DNA of 64,000 nucleotides, from contig JANMYS010000026.1 of NCBI GenBank assembly GCA_031382385.1, positions 3,954 to 67,953 of the forward strand, read 5' to 3'. Source of the DNA: Gemmatimonadota bacterium (lineage in GTDB: Bacteria; Gemmatimonadota; Gemmatimonadetes; Gemmatimonadales; GWC2-71-9). The notes beneath the pieces are model-generated. The model made no database searches and was not told the origin of the DNA. It saw only the letters and a program-made list of their open reading frames with translations. Both the position numbers and the translations under genes were made by a program. Numbering within the stretch: the first letter of the stretch is position 1; each line of letters begins with the position of its first letter. Shown one piece after another: positions 46,041 to 56,545 of the stretch.

Positions 46041-47872
46041 GCGGTACCCGCGGGACGCGTCGGAGTGCCATCCTCGACCTGCCAGAAGAGCGCCCAGGCC
46101 CCGAAGCCGACATGGGTACCCAGCGCGGCCGTCGCCAGTGAGACGAAGCAGTCTTTCGGCCGGTAGGCCGCCATCAGGGCCGCCCTGACCCGCTCGGCAG
46201 CCTCCGGCGCCTCGGCGTGTGCGATCCCGAAACGCACGGCAGCAGGCTTTGGCGAGAGCTGCTTCTCCAGCAGACTCAAAACCCGAGGCACGACGTTACT
46301 GCCTCCACGCACCCGATCCAGCGGGACCACGGCACCGTCCCCATCCAAACCGAGGATCGGCTTGACGTTTAGCATGCCAGCGAGCCAGGCCTTGCCTCGC
46401 GTCACCCGGCCCGACCGCAGCAGGCTATCGAACCGGTCCACGGTGATGAAGCAGCCGGATTGGGCCCGCAGACGGACGAGTTCGGTCACGATATCGGCGG
46501 CCGACCAGCCGGACTCCGCCAGTTCCGCCGCCCGCAACGCCCTCATGCCAAGCCCGAGGGAGGCTGAGCCGCTGTCCATGCAGGACACCCGGTCGATCCC
46601 GGCGACCTTTGTCGCAGCCACCGCCGACTGGTACGTCCCCGACAGCCGGGCCGACAGCAGCACCGCGATCACGTCATCGGCCTCCGCCCGCGCATCCCGC
46701 AGGACCCGGACGAACTCGCCAGGCGTTGGCTGTGAGGTCGTGGGGTGCTCCTTCGACCGCCGCATCCGGCGGTAGAAGTCCTCCGGCTTGAGCTCGACGC
46801 GGTCCCGAAACGTTTCGTCACCGAACATCACCTGGAGCGGCACGAGGGCGATGTGATGCCGGTCCAGTACCGCGTCGGGAAGGTCGCAGGAGCTGTCGGC
46901 GACGATTGCGACCGGGCGGCGGTCGCTGTGGGTCAGGCGACGGTGCTGCGCCCGCATGTCCTCGGCCTTCGTGGCGTCGATGGTGCCCCAGCGCGCTGCG
47001 TAAGTAAAGACGGCTTCCGGCGTATCCGTGTGCACATGGATCTTGAGAATGTCGCCGGCCACCACGACCTGAACGGACCCACCGAAGTTCCGGATCTGGG
47101 TCCGCACTTCGTTGGCCGCGGGGAGCTGGCTCCCCCGGATCCGCACTTCGGTGCAGAACTGGAAGTCCCGCTCCGCCGCCACTCCCGCAAGCGCTGCCGG
47201 CATCATCGCTTCCGCCACTTCGGTGAAGGGAGCGGCGGGGAGGATCGGATCGCCCTCGATGAGACGGACGACACCCTCGATCATGCGGACGAATCCCATC
47301 CCCCCGGCATCGACGACCCCCGCCTCCTTGAGGATCGCCATCAGCTCCGGCGTCCGGGCCAGGGAGAGCTCGCCCTCGGCCAGCAGCCGGGCCATGAAGA
47401 CGGAGATGTCGGGCGAGTCGTTGGCGGCCCGTTCCGCGGCGAGGGCCGCCTCCCGGGCCACGGTCAGAATGGTGCCCTCGCGCGGATCGTCCAGAGAGGC
47501 GTAGAGCCGATCGGCGCCCTGGTGGATGGCGCGGGCGACCTCCTGGGCGCTGACCTGGTCCCGGCCGTCGATCGCGTCCGCGAAGCCGAGGAGGAAATGG
47601 GCCAGCATCATGCCGGAATTGCCCCGCGCGCCCAGCACGGCGCCACGCGCGGCGGTACCGGCGGTCTCGGAAAGCGACGCGTCGCCGAGCGCCCGAAGGG
47701 CGTCGGCGACGGCACGCAGCGTGAGACTGAAGTTGGTCCCGGTGTCCCCGTCAGGGACGGGAAAGACGTTGATCCGGTTGATCTCCTCGCGGCCGGCCGC
47801 CACCCAGTCGGAGGCGGCGAAGAGCGACCGCGCGAGACGCGGGCCGTCGACGTACCGGATGCCGACCGTCAT
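46037..47872 (-). CDS. DAK2 (DhaL/FakA-like) domain protein fused to a DegV (FakB-like) fatty-acid-binding domain
   Basis: 611 aa. The N-terminus INVFPVPDGDTGTNFSLTL is DAK2/YloV-like. The middle FCTEVRIRGS...SVQVVVAGDILKIHVHT is the YloV middle domain. The C-terminus VAIVADSSCDLP...LVPLQVMFGDETFRD...TSQPTPGEF...LSARLSGTYQSA...LNVKPIL is DegV. Confidence 0.75.
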   Translation of the reverse strand: MTVGIRYVDGPRLARSLFAASDWVAAGREEINRINVFPVPDGDTGTNFSLTLRAVADALRALGDASLSETAGTAARGAVLGARGNSGMMLAHFLLGFADAIDGRDQVSAQEVARAIHQGADRLYASLDDPREGTILTVAREAALAAERAANDSPDISVFMARLLAEGELSLARTPELMAILKEAGVVDAGGMGFVRMIEGVVRLIEGDPILPAAPFTEVAEAMMPAALAGVAAERDFQFCTEVRIRGSQLPAANEVRTQIRNFGGSVQVVVAGDILKIHVHTDTPEAVFTYAARWGTIDATKAEDMRAQHRRLTHSDRRPVAIVADSSCDLPDAVLDRHHIALVPLQVMFGDETFRDRVELKPEDFYRRMRRSKEHPTTSQPTPGEFVRVLRDARAEADDVIAVLLSARLSGTYQSAVAATKVAGIDRVSCMDSGSASLGLGMRALRAAELAESGWSAADIVTELVRLRAQSGCFITVDRFDSLLRSGRVTRGKAWLAGMLNVKPILGLDGDGAVVPLDRVRGGSNVVPRVLSLLEKQLSPKPAAVRFGIAHAEAPEAAERVRAALMAAYRPKDCFVSLATAALGTHVGFGAWALFWQVEDGTPTRPAGTA

Positions 47873-47883
47873 TGGGGCGGAGG

Positions 47884-48327
47884 CTACTCCGCCGTGACGG
47901 TGACGCGCAGTTCAGCGTGAACGTCGGGATGCAGCCGAACCGGTACGGTGTGCAGGCCCACGGACTTGATCGGGTGCTCGAGCTCGATCTTCCGCCGGTC
48001 CAGCTCGATGCCCCGGGCGGCAAGCGCGTCGGCCAGGTCCTGGGCCGTGATCGAGCCAAAGAGGCGATCACCCTCGCCCGCCTTCCGCGACAGCGCGAGC
48101 GGGGCGGCGGCGAGCTTCGCGGCAACGGCCTCCGCGCCGGAACGCTCCTCGGCGACGCGGGCCAGCCGGGCCTTCGATTCGGAGGCGATCCGCTTCCGGT
48201 TGCCGTCCGTGGCCTCGTAGGCGAGCCCCTTCGGCAGCAGGAAGTTGCGGGCGTAGCCCGGCTTCACCTTCACAAGATCGCCGGCCTTGCCGAGCGTCTT
48301 GATGTCTTCACGCAGAATCACTTCCAT
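47884..48327 (-). CDS. rplI: 50S ribosomal protein L9
   Basis: 147 aa. [36 protein letters not shown]. Confidence 0.95.
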   Translation of the reverse strand: MEVILREDIKTLGKAGDLVKVKPGYARNFLLPKGLAYEATDGNRKRIASESKARLARVAEERSGAEAVAAKLAAAPLALSRKAGEGDRLFGSITAQDLADALAARGIELDRRKIELEHPIKSVGLHTVPVRLHPDVHAELRVTVTAE

Positions 48328-49280
48328 CGATCACTCCGTTCGCTGCCGGCAGCGAAACGCCGCCGGAAATCCACCCAGGTGTCCGCCAGCCCGAGCGAGA
48401 AGCAGCCGCCCAGCACGACCGGCAGAATGATGATCACGCCAATTCCGATGACGACCAGCACCGGGAGCGGAAATCCCCCGATGCCGCCCCACATGATCGC
48501 GGCCCCGCGTGCGGCGTACAGCCCGCCCACGACTAGGGCGACGTTGCCCAGCGGCTGCCGCAGTTCGACCGGGAGCGGCACCACAATGGCGACCAGCGCC
48601 AGGACCACGCCCCACACCAGCTGATCGGTGAAACGGAACTCGGCGAACCGCTCCGCTGGCTCGCCGACCGGTGTGGCCGCCAGCCGGTGATACCAGGACC
48701 AGGCGATGGCCAGTCCGGGCAGCATCGCCAGAATCAGGAGGGCGGGGAACAACTCCGCCATCCAGCCGACGCTTCCCGCCATCGCGTCGACGAAGAGCCG
48801 CGCCGCCTCGGCTCGCTCGGGGCTGAGCGCCCGCATCTCCGCGAGCAACTGGCGGCACTGTTCCCAGCCCAGCCGCGTGACAGCCAGCTGCAGGTCCTGC
48901 CACCGCGTCCCGAGCGACCAGATCCAGCCCGTCGCCCCGCCCAGGCCGAAGATTGTCGCCAGCAGCGCACCCGGGACCAGCCGCCGTCGACCGGCGAGCA
49001 TCAGGGCGACAAACGCCGCCGTGACGAAGCAGGGCCACGCCTGGGTGAGCTGCGACGCGAGATCGCCTGGCCGCCAGAGAGAGACCGCCAGCCATAGCCC
49101 CGCCGCTCCGATCCACAGCCACTCCCGGAGCGTTGCCGGTCGCGACGCCACCAGGAGTCCCGCCAACGGCCCCAGCACGAACAACGGCGGGAAGAGGAGC
49201 AGGTACCCCAACAGGAGGAGTACCGCCCGCAAGGTCACTCCCGGCCGGGGGAGTGCCTGACTGCCGAGTTCACCCACCAC
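48318..49280 (-). CDS. Multi-pass membrane protein (YybS/DUF2232-like by position and topology)
   Basis: 320-aa hydrophobic ORF overlapping rpsR (11 nt) and rplI (10 nt). A membrane protein in this position between rpsR and rplI recalls Bacillus yybS. The family assignment is not verified. Confidence 0.5.
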   Translation of the reverse strand: MVGELGSQALPRPGVTLRAVLLLLGYLLLFPPLFVLGPLAGLLVASRPATLREWLWIGAAGLWLAVSLWRPGDLASQLTQAWPCFVTAAFVALMLAGRRRLVPGALLATIFGLGGATGWIWSLGTRWQDLQLAVTRLGWEQCRQLLAEMRALSPERAEAARLFVDAMAGSVGWMAELFPALLILAMLPGLAIAWSWYHRLAATPVGEPAERFAEFRFTDQLVWGVVLALVAIVVPLPVELRQPLGNVALVVGGLYAARGAAIMWGGIGGFPLPVLVVIGIGVIIILPVVLGGCFSLGLADTWVDFRRRFAAGSERSDRWK

Positions 49281-49494
49281 CCCTCACGTAGGGCAGCAGC
49301 GCCAGGTACCGTGCCCGCTTGATCGCGGTGGCCAGCTGGCGCTGGTGTCTGGCGGTCACACCGGACAGGCGAGCCGGCAGGATCTTGCCCCGATCGGTAA
49401 TGAAGCGGGACAGCAGCTTTTCGTCCTTGAAGTCGACGTAGCGGAGGCCGGCTTCAGCGAGCGGATCGCCTTTCTTCATGCGCTTCATGATCAT
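49270..49494 (-). CDS. rpsR: 30S ribosomal protein S18
   Basis: 74 aa. [51 protein letters not shown]. Confidence 0.95.
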   Translation of the reverse strand: MIMKRMKKGDPLAEAGLRYVDFKDEKLLSRFITDRGKILPARLSGVTARHQRQLATAIKRARYLALLPYVRGGG

Positions 49495-49835
49495 TCGTCG
49501 TCTTCCTCCAGCTTGCGGTCAGTCGTGTCGCGGGACGGGGTGTAGTCGTTTTCATCCGCCACGACGAGAAAGCGGAGCACGCCCTCGTCGAGCTTGATGG
49601 CACGCTCGAATTCGGGCAGCTGCGTCGGCAGCGCCTTGAAGGCGGCGACGACGTAGTACCCCGTCTCCCGGCGCTTGATCGGGTAGGCGAGCGTGCGCTT
49701 TCCCCAATGGGTCAGCGTCGGCTGCTCATCCCCGTCCTGCTGGACGAGGGCATGAAAGCGATTGAGTTTTTCGGTGATGGCGGTCTCTTCGAGCGCACTG
49801 TCGAAGATATAGACCGCCTCGTACGGACGGGCCAT
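49491..49835 (-). CDS. rpsF: 30S ribosomal protein S6
   Basis: Track ORF 49491..49949, trimmed to ATG 49835 ([15 protein letters not shown]). Contains [10 protein letters not shown] and an acidic C-terminal tail. It overlaps the rpsR start by 4 nt. Confidence 0.9.
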   Translation of the reverse strand: MARPYEAVYIFDSALEETAITEKLNRFHALVQQDGDEQPTLTHWGKRTLAYPIKRRETGYYVVAAFKALPTQLPEFERAIKLDEGVLRFLVVADENDYTPSRDTTDRKLEEDDE

Positions 49836-49973
49836 GGCACCTTCCTTTGGTCTGGACGCCCCGGCCCTGGTGCAGGCGCGGGGAGGCAATTTGTGAGCCG
49901 GAAAACGTAGCAGGACGATGGGGTTAACGGTAGTAGGGGTCGCATACATGCGCCGCGTACGACCGGCGGCGGT

Positions 49974-49995
49974 GGGGCGGCATATATGCCGCCCC
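49974..49995. other. Perfect 22-nt palindrome GGGGCGGCATATATGCCGCCCC, with a second hairpin GGCGCCCTGCGGGCGCC at 50001-50017
   Basis: Read directly. It lies between the 3' end of the BI-1 family gene and the rpsF upstream region. It is a likely transcription terminator and/or a protein-binding site. Confidence 0.5.
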
Positions 49996-50016
49996 TACCC
50001 GGCGCCCTGCGGGCGC

Positions 50017-50727
50017 CTACCGCCGCCGGCCGAACAGCCGGAGCAGCATCAGGAAGAGGTTGATGAACGCCAGGTACAGTCCGAGCGCGCCGACGACCGC
50101 ATACGCGCCGACCTTCCCCTCGGGGAGCGCCAGCGCCATGGCCCGCAGCTGCTGGGCCCGGTAGGCCGTCAGGGCGGTGAACACCAGGACGCCACAGACG
50201 GACAGGACGAACTGGAACATGTCGTTCTGCCAGAAGATCCCGACGATCGAGGCGATGATCACGCCGAACAGGCCCATCATGGCGAACTGGCCGACGCCGG
50301 TGAGATCCCGCTTGGTGATCGTGCCGTAGAGCGCCAGCGCGCCGAAGGTGGCCGATGTCGAGAGGAAGGTGCTGGCGATGGACGCGCTGGTGTAGGCCAG
50401 AAAGATGAACGCGAGCTAGATGCCGTTCACCGCTGCAAAGACCGAGAACACGATGGCCGCGGTGCTCGGCGCCATTGTATCCACCTTGGCCGACAGGAAG
50501 AAAACGAACCCGAGCGGGGCGAGCAGGACGATCCAGAACAACAGCCGGTTCTGCTGCAGCATGCCGAGGAGCGCGGGGCTCGAGGCTACGAACAGCGCGG
50601 TGAGCGCCGTGATCCCCAGCCCCACGAACATCCAGCCATACACCTTCTGCAGGAAGCTGGCGACGCGGGCCGATTCGGCCGCGGCTCCGCTCATGGTCTG
50701 GGAGGGGGAGCCGAACGGGTTGGACAT
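50017..50727 (-). pseudogene. Bax inhibitor-1/YccA family membrane protein interrupted by one in-frame TAG (50416-50418)
   Basis: Track ORFs 50416..50799 and 50017..50280 are in the same frame. My translation across the gap reads ...FSVFAAVNGI*LAFIFLAYTSASIASTFLSTSATFGALALYGTITKRDLTGVGQFAMMGLFG..., which is continuous BI-1 family sequence. The probable start is the ATG at 50727 (MSNPFGS). Confidence 0.75.
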
Positions 50728-50795
50728 GCAGATCTCGCAGGACAGGGGTTGGGAGGAATCTAGGCAGTCCGCTCCTCCGATGCAGGAGCGGCTCG

Positions 50796-52544
50796 TCACC
50801 AGTCCCGATTGGCGCCCGGTCCCTTCTTCGGGCGCTGACCCTGGTGGCTGGAGAGCTGCTGCCGCTCCACCGCCTCCAGCAGTGAGCGGGCTTCGGCCTC
50901 ATTCAGCTCCTCCACGGACTCGCCTTCGTCGCCGCCCTGACCGCCGCCCGCCATGGCACCCACCGCCGTGGCGGTGTTCGCGTCGAGCCCCTCCTCCCGC
51001 ATGTTCCCCCGGCCGAAGTCCGCCCGCCCGCCCCGACCCGGTGAGCCGCCGGAGCGGGTGTCGCCCCGCTTCCGTAGCGCCAGTTCGAGATTGTACTTCG
51101 CGTCGACATCGTTGGGATCGAGCTTGAGCGCCTCTTCATAGGCCTGCACCGCGCGGCCGAGGTAATCGCTCATCTCATTGGCATCCTCCGCGGCGCGCAC
51201 GTAGGCATTGCCCATGTTGAAGTAGGCCCGCTCCCGCAGCTGGTCCGATCCATTGAGCGCGTCGCGCCAGGTCTGGGCGGCATCGCGATACTGGCTCATC
51301 CGGTAGAGGGCATTCCCCGAGTTGTACTTGATCTCCGGACCGCCCTGCTGCAGCAGGACGGCCTGGTAGGATTCGAACGCCTCCCTGTACTTGCCCGATT
51401 CATACAACTGCTGCCCTCGCACCAGCTGTGCCCGGCCCCCGCCGCCACAGCTGCCCAGCAGGAACAGCCCGAGCACCGCGGCGGCGGACCGGGTGGCGCG
51501 GGCGACGACAGTGCTCGCGGTCCGCGCTGGCGCCGGGAGCGGCCGACGCACCGGTTGCACAAGCAGCAGCTCGAGGGTCAGCGCCAGCACCGCGAGCAGC
51601 AGCGGCCACTGATAGCGTTCGATCGGCTCGGTGGAGGCCTGAGTCGCCAGAGTGCGCGCCTCGAGGTTGCCCAGGGCATCGGCGAGGCTCTGCATGGCCG
51701 TCGCGTCATCCCAGCGGGCATAGGCGGCGTTGGAGGCATCGGCGATCCGCTTGAGGTCGCCTTCGTTCAGCCGCGAGACCACCGGCCGGCCGATCCCGTC
51801 GAGATGCCAGGCGCCCTCCTCGGCGCCGGAGTCGGCAGGGACGCGCGCGCCGGCCTCTGTGCCGATGCCGATGGCAAACACCGGCAGTCGTGCGGTGCGC
51901 AACAGCTGCAGCACCGGGGGCAGCTCGCCTTCGGAGCGCTCGCCATCGGAGAGGAGCAGGACGGCGCGGGAGCCGAGCAGCGTGCCCTCGCGCCGCAGGG
52001 CGCGCTCGGAGACCCGGAGGGCCGAGGAGATATCGGTCGCAGGATCGGCGATGTCGTCCGGCGTCGCGGCATCGAGGAACTGGCGGAGGGTGCCGAGTTC
52101 GGCGGTCGGCGGCAGCTGCAGGAAGGCGGAGCCGCCGAAGATCACGAGGCCGATGCGGTCGCCGGGGCGCGAGGCGGCCAGTTGCCAGGCCAGCTCCTTG
52201 GCGAGCTGCAGCCGGGTTCCGCCACTCACATCCGCGACTTTCATCGAGCGCGAGAGATCGAGGGCGATGATGATGTCGCGGCCGGTGCGCGAGAGCGAGG
52301 CGGCATGTCGCCCGATCTGCGGCCGGGCGAGGGCGAGGATCGCGGCGGCGAAGGCGATCCATCGCAGGGCCTGCCGCCACCGGGGCACCGGCCCGGGCAG
52401 GGTCGAGGTGCGGCCGAGCAGCGCCGGGTCGCCGAAGCTGCTCAGGGCCCGGTCGCGCTCCCGGGTGGCGATCCGTCCGAGCAGCCAGAGGGCGGGCAGG
52501 ACGGCGATGAGCACAAGGGCCGCAGGCTGGGCGAAGATGTTCAT
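50796..52544 (-). CDS. BatB-like VWA domain membrane protein fused to a BatC-like TPR region
   Basis: 582 aa with an N-terminal TM helix. VWA MIDAS motif IIIALDLSRSM, then LLLSDGE. The TPR segment is GKYREAFESYQAVLL...YNSGNALYR...YFNMGNAYV...AVQAYEEALKLDPNDVDAKYNLE. Confidence 0.75.
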   Translation of the reverse strand: MNIFAQPAALVLIAVLPALWLLGRIATRERDRALSSFGDPALLGRTSTLPGPVPRWRQALRWIAFAAAILALARPQIGRHAASLSRTGRDIIIALDLSRSMKVADVSGGTRLQLAKELAWQLAASRPGDRIGLVIFGGSAFLQLPPTAELGTLRQFLDAATPDDIADPATDISSALRVSERALRREGTLLGSRAVLLLSDGERSEGELPPVLQLLRTARLPVFAIGIGTEAGARVPADSGAEEGAWHLDGIGRPVVSRLNEGDLKRIADASNAAYARWDDATAMQSLADALGNLEARTLATQASTEPIERYQWPLLLAVLALTLELLLVQPVRRPLPAPARTASTVVARATRSAAAVLGLFLLGSCGGGGRAQLVRGQQLYESGKYREAFESYQAVLLQQGGPEIKYNSGNALYRMSQYRDAAQTWRDALNGSDQLRERAYFNMGNAYVRAAEDANEMSDYLGRAVQAYEEALKLDPNDVDAKYNLELALRKRGDTRSGGSPGRGGRADFGRGNMREEGLDANTATAVGAMAGGGQGGDEGESVEELNEAEARSLLEAVERQQLSSHQGQRPKKGPGANRDW

Positions 52545-53533
52545 GGCAGGGTCCGCAGCCAGGTGGCGCGGAGCAGCGCCTCGGTCAGCACCATCGCGAG
52601 TCCGATCCCGACGAGCCAGGGGAACAGCTCCTGATACTCCCGCGTCTCGCTGATCTCGACTTCGATCCGCTCCAGCGGGTCGATCACCGAAATCACATCC
52701 TGGAGGGCCTGCGGGTCGGTCGCCTTGTAGTACTGCCCCCCGGTGCGGGCGGCGATGTCCTTGAGCGCGGCCTCATCGCGATGCGAGAGGCGGCCGGAGA
52801 GGGTCCGCAGGCTCCAGACCCCGTTGAGCGCGACGGCGCCGGTATCGGCGGAACTCAGGCCGATCGAATGGATACGGATACCCAATGCCCGGGCCGCTTC
52901 CGCCGCCTGGACCGGGGAGGGCTCGCCGGTGTTGTTGGCCCCGTCCGTGATGAGAACCACGGCGCAGGCGTTCCGCTGCAGGTTCTTCAGCTGGTTGAGC
53001 GCCAGCGAGAGCGCACTGCCGATCGCGGTCCCATCCGGCAGCTGGCCGATCTCGACCTGAGCGACCAGACGGTCCAGCACGTCGGCGTCACTGGTGAGCG
53101 GCGCCTGCAGCAGGGCCTTGCCGGCGAAGACGACCAGACCCATGAGATCGCCATCCCGGCGGTGAATGAACTCCTGCACCACGGTCTTGGCGACGGCGAG
53201 GCGGTTGCCGGGCTGGAAGTCGGAGGCCTTCATGCTGCTCGAGATATCCAGCACCAGCATCAGGTTGCGGGAGCGCACCCGGGTCGGTTCCGCCTTGCCA
53301 GGGATCTGGGGTCGGGCAAGACCCAGCACGAGGAGTGCGAGGCCGCCCACGGCCAGCAGCTGCGGCAGTCGATGCCACCCTTCCTTTGCCGACGGCGGCA
53401 TCCCCTTGGCGAAGCGCAGTGCCGGGAAGGCGATGCGATAATGCGGGGCGGCACGGCGATGCCGGAACCACCGCACGAAGAGCAGCAGCGGCACCAGGCT
53501 CAGCAGCAGGAACCAGGGGCTACCGAACCGCAT
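52541..53533 (-). CDS. BatA-like VWA domain membrane protein
   Basis: 330 aa. MRFGSPWFLLLSLVPLLLF, MIDAS LMLVLDISSSM, and VVLITDGANNTG. A C-terminal TM helix is present. Confidence 0.8.
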   Translation of the reverse strand: MRFGSPWFLLLSLVPLLLFVRWFRHRRAAPHYRIAFPALRFAKGMPPSAKEGWHRLPQLLAVGGLALLVLGLARPQIPGKAEPTRVRSRNLMLVLDISSSMKASDFQPGNRLAVAKTVVQEFIHRRDGDLMGLVVFAGKALLQAPLTSDADVLDRLVAQVEIGQLPDGTAIGSALSLALNQLKNLQRNACAVVLITDGANNTGEPSPVQAAEAARALGIRIHSIGLSSADTGAVALNGVWSLRTLSGRLSHRDEAALKDIAARTGGQYYKATDPQALQDVISVIDPLERIEVEISETREYQELFPWLVGIGLAMVLTEALLRATWLRTLP

Positions 53534-54449
53534 CGGTCACCTCCGGTCCGGCGGCGGCGGCATCCCACCCCTGCAGCAGCGCACGGGCGCGTCCGAGATG
53601 CTCCTCGGCCGCCGGACGGTCCGGCCGGATCCGGGCGAACTTCACCAGATCGGCTTCGCCGAGCAGGCGCTCGCAGTTCACGCGTGCCGTGCCCGCTGCC
53701 AGCAGTGGGGGCAGGGAGCGCCCGACCTCGGGCGTGGTGAGGCCGTGATGCGGAATCGCCCCGGCGGCGAGCAGGCAGTCGCGCAGCACGACGGCGACAT
53801 CGGCATAGAACGGGGCGACGCCATTGGTACTGGAGCGGAGCGCGGCGTCGAGAGCCTCCAGTCGCGCCAGTGCGGCAGCGAACGGCCCACGTGGGAGCAG
53901 CACCGGTTCGGCGGCGCGGACCCGGCGGCCGCCCCCGCGGCGCCAGAGCCAGTACGAGGCAGCCACCATGAGGACCAGCAGACCGGCGAGCGGCCCCCAG
54001 AGCGGGCCAGCCAGGGCAATGAGCGGCTTGATGTCCTTGAGCTGCGGATTTCCCTCTGGCGCGAGTGATGCGATCACCATGCGGATCGACGGCCCGAGCA
54101 GGGTATCCGGCGGTGCACCTGGTTTGGTGCGATAGAGCAGGCCGAAGATGGGCACCGGCTGCTCGCCGACGCGGTAGAACGCCATACGGATCTTGCCCCG
54201 CCAGATCCGGTCGCCGGCCCCGCGCAGCGTGTCGATGCTCAGGAGGCGCAATCCGTCGGGCAGATTCAGCATCACTCGCGGTGCGGTCTCCAGCAGCTCC
54301 TGACCGGGCGAGAGTTCCACCGTCACCAGGAAGGTGACCGGATCGCCGAGCGTGGCGCGGGGCACCTCCTGGCGCAGGTCCATCCGCTGGGCCACAAGCG
54401 GGCGGCACAGCGCGGCAACCAGGAGGAGCGGCAGGAGGCGGCGCGTCAC
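53520..54449 (-). CDS. Hypothetical exported/membrane protein (DUF4381-like, Bat-operon associated)
   Basis: 309 aa with signal peptide LLPLLLVAALCRPLVA and an internal TM helix (LAGLLVLMVAASYWLW). Its position between the DUF58 and BatA genes is as in Bat operons. The GTG start overlaps the DUF58 TAG by 1 nt. Confidence 0.55.
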   Translation of the reverse strand: MTRRLLPLLLVAALCRPLVAQRMDLRQEVPRATLGDPVTFLVTVELSPGQELLETAPRVMLNLPDGLRLLSIDTLRGAGDRIWRGKIRMAFYRVGEQPVPIFGLLYRTKPGAPPDTLLGPSIRMVIASLAPEGNPQLKDIKPLIALAGPLWGPLAGLLVLMVAASYWLWRRGGGRRVRAAEPVLLPRGPFAAALARLEALDAALRSSTNGVAPFYADVAVVLRDCLLAAGAIPHHGLTTPEVGRSLPPLLAAGTARVNCERLLGEADLVKFARIRPDRPAAEEHLGRARALLQGWDAAAAGPEVTDAVR

Positions 54450-55323
54450 TAGTACCTGCGGCGCTCCCGCCGGCTGAAGAACGCGGCGAGGGGCTCGCCA
54501 TACTGCTGGTCGGTGTGGAGTCGGAGCAGGTCGATGCCGCGCCGCAGGCAGTGATTGCTGAACCCGTCATCGAAGGCCTGCCGCGCCGCCCGGAAGTGCT
54601 CACGTACGTCCGCGCGGCCGGCGTCGACCACCCGCCAGTCATCCTGCTCCGGATCCCAGAGCGTCACCAGTCCGACGGGGGGGAGCTCGCGCTCACGCGG
54701 GTCCACCAGCTGCAGGGCGACGACATCGTTGCGCCAGGCGAGGCGATCAAGCGCGGGCCAGCTGCTGTCGTCCAGAAAATCGGAGATGACCACCACCATG
54801 CTCCGGTGGCGCAGCAGCGGTTCGATGAGGTCGAGGCTCTTCCCCAGATCCGTCGCCCGCTCCTGCGGCGCGTAGGAGAGGATCTGACTCACCACGCCCA
54901 GGGCCTGTCGTCGTCCGCTGCGGGGCGGACTGAACCATTCGACCCGGTCGGAGAAGAACGCGGCCCCGACCCGGTCGCGGTGCCGGGTGGCGGAAAGCGC
55001 CAGGACAGCGCCCAGTTCCGCCGCGAGTTCCCGCTTGGTCCGGGTGACGCTGCCGAAGCCGCTCGAGGCGCTGACATCGAGCAGCAGCAGCAGGGTGAGC
55101 TGCCGGTCCTCGTGGAACCGCTTGATGAACGGGGTGCCGAGGCGGGCGGTCACGTTCCAGTCGATAGTGCGGATGTCGTCGCCGGGGAGGTATTCCCGCA
55201 CCTCGGCGAATTCGATCCCCCGCCCGCGAAAGGTGCTGGCGTAGTCGCCGGCGACGAGATCCCGCACCAGCTCCCGCGTCGTGATCTCGATGCGGCGGAC
55301 TTCCTGTTCGAGCTCCGCCGGCG

Positions 55324-55327
<4 letters not shown>
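54449..55327 (-). CDS. DUF58 domain protein (MoxR-associated, VWA-like)
   Basis: Track ORF 54449..55918, trimmed to the GTG at 55327, which overlaps the moxR TGA (GTGA). Motifs: FRGRGIEFAEVREYLPGDDIRTIDWNVTAR and LLLLLDVSASSGFG. Confidence 0.8.
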
Positions 55328-56349
<1,022 letters not shown>

Positions 56350-56545
56350 GCGGGCAGCATCCTCGGCGGAGGGGAGCGGGTGGCGGATCAGTGACGCTGG
56401 GAGTGGGTCAGCGCGGGACCGCAAAATTATACGGCGGTGCGGGTATGCGGGAGGGGCAGATGGATTACGGGACGCAAAGGTTGGACGGAACCTCCCTGGC
56501 GATGCACCTTTCCCGCTCACTCACCACACGGCGCCTCGGCAGCTG

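Noticed and set aside
49835-49850. Sigma-54-like -24/-12 element TGGCAC-N5-TTTGG on the plus strand.
   Set aside because: It is the reverse complement of the rpsF start-codon region. The -12 element deviates from TTGC, and no plus-strand gene lies downstream.
50416-50418. TAG reassignment or suppression as a genome-wide explanation for the in-frame TAGs (BI-1 gene; rplY/pth junction).
   Set aside because: TAG terminates many genes here exactly at their expected conserved C-termini: ychF ...RFNV, the OMP ...GPVF, ctpA, hppA and the ALDH. TAG therefore functions as a normal stop in this organism.
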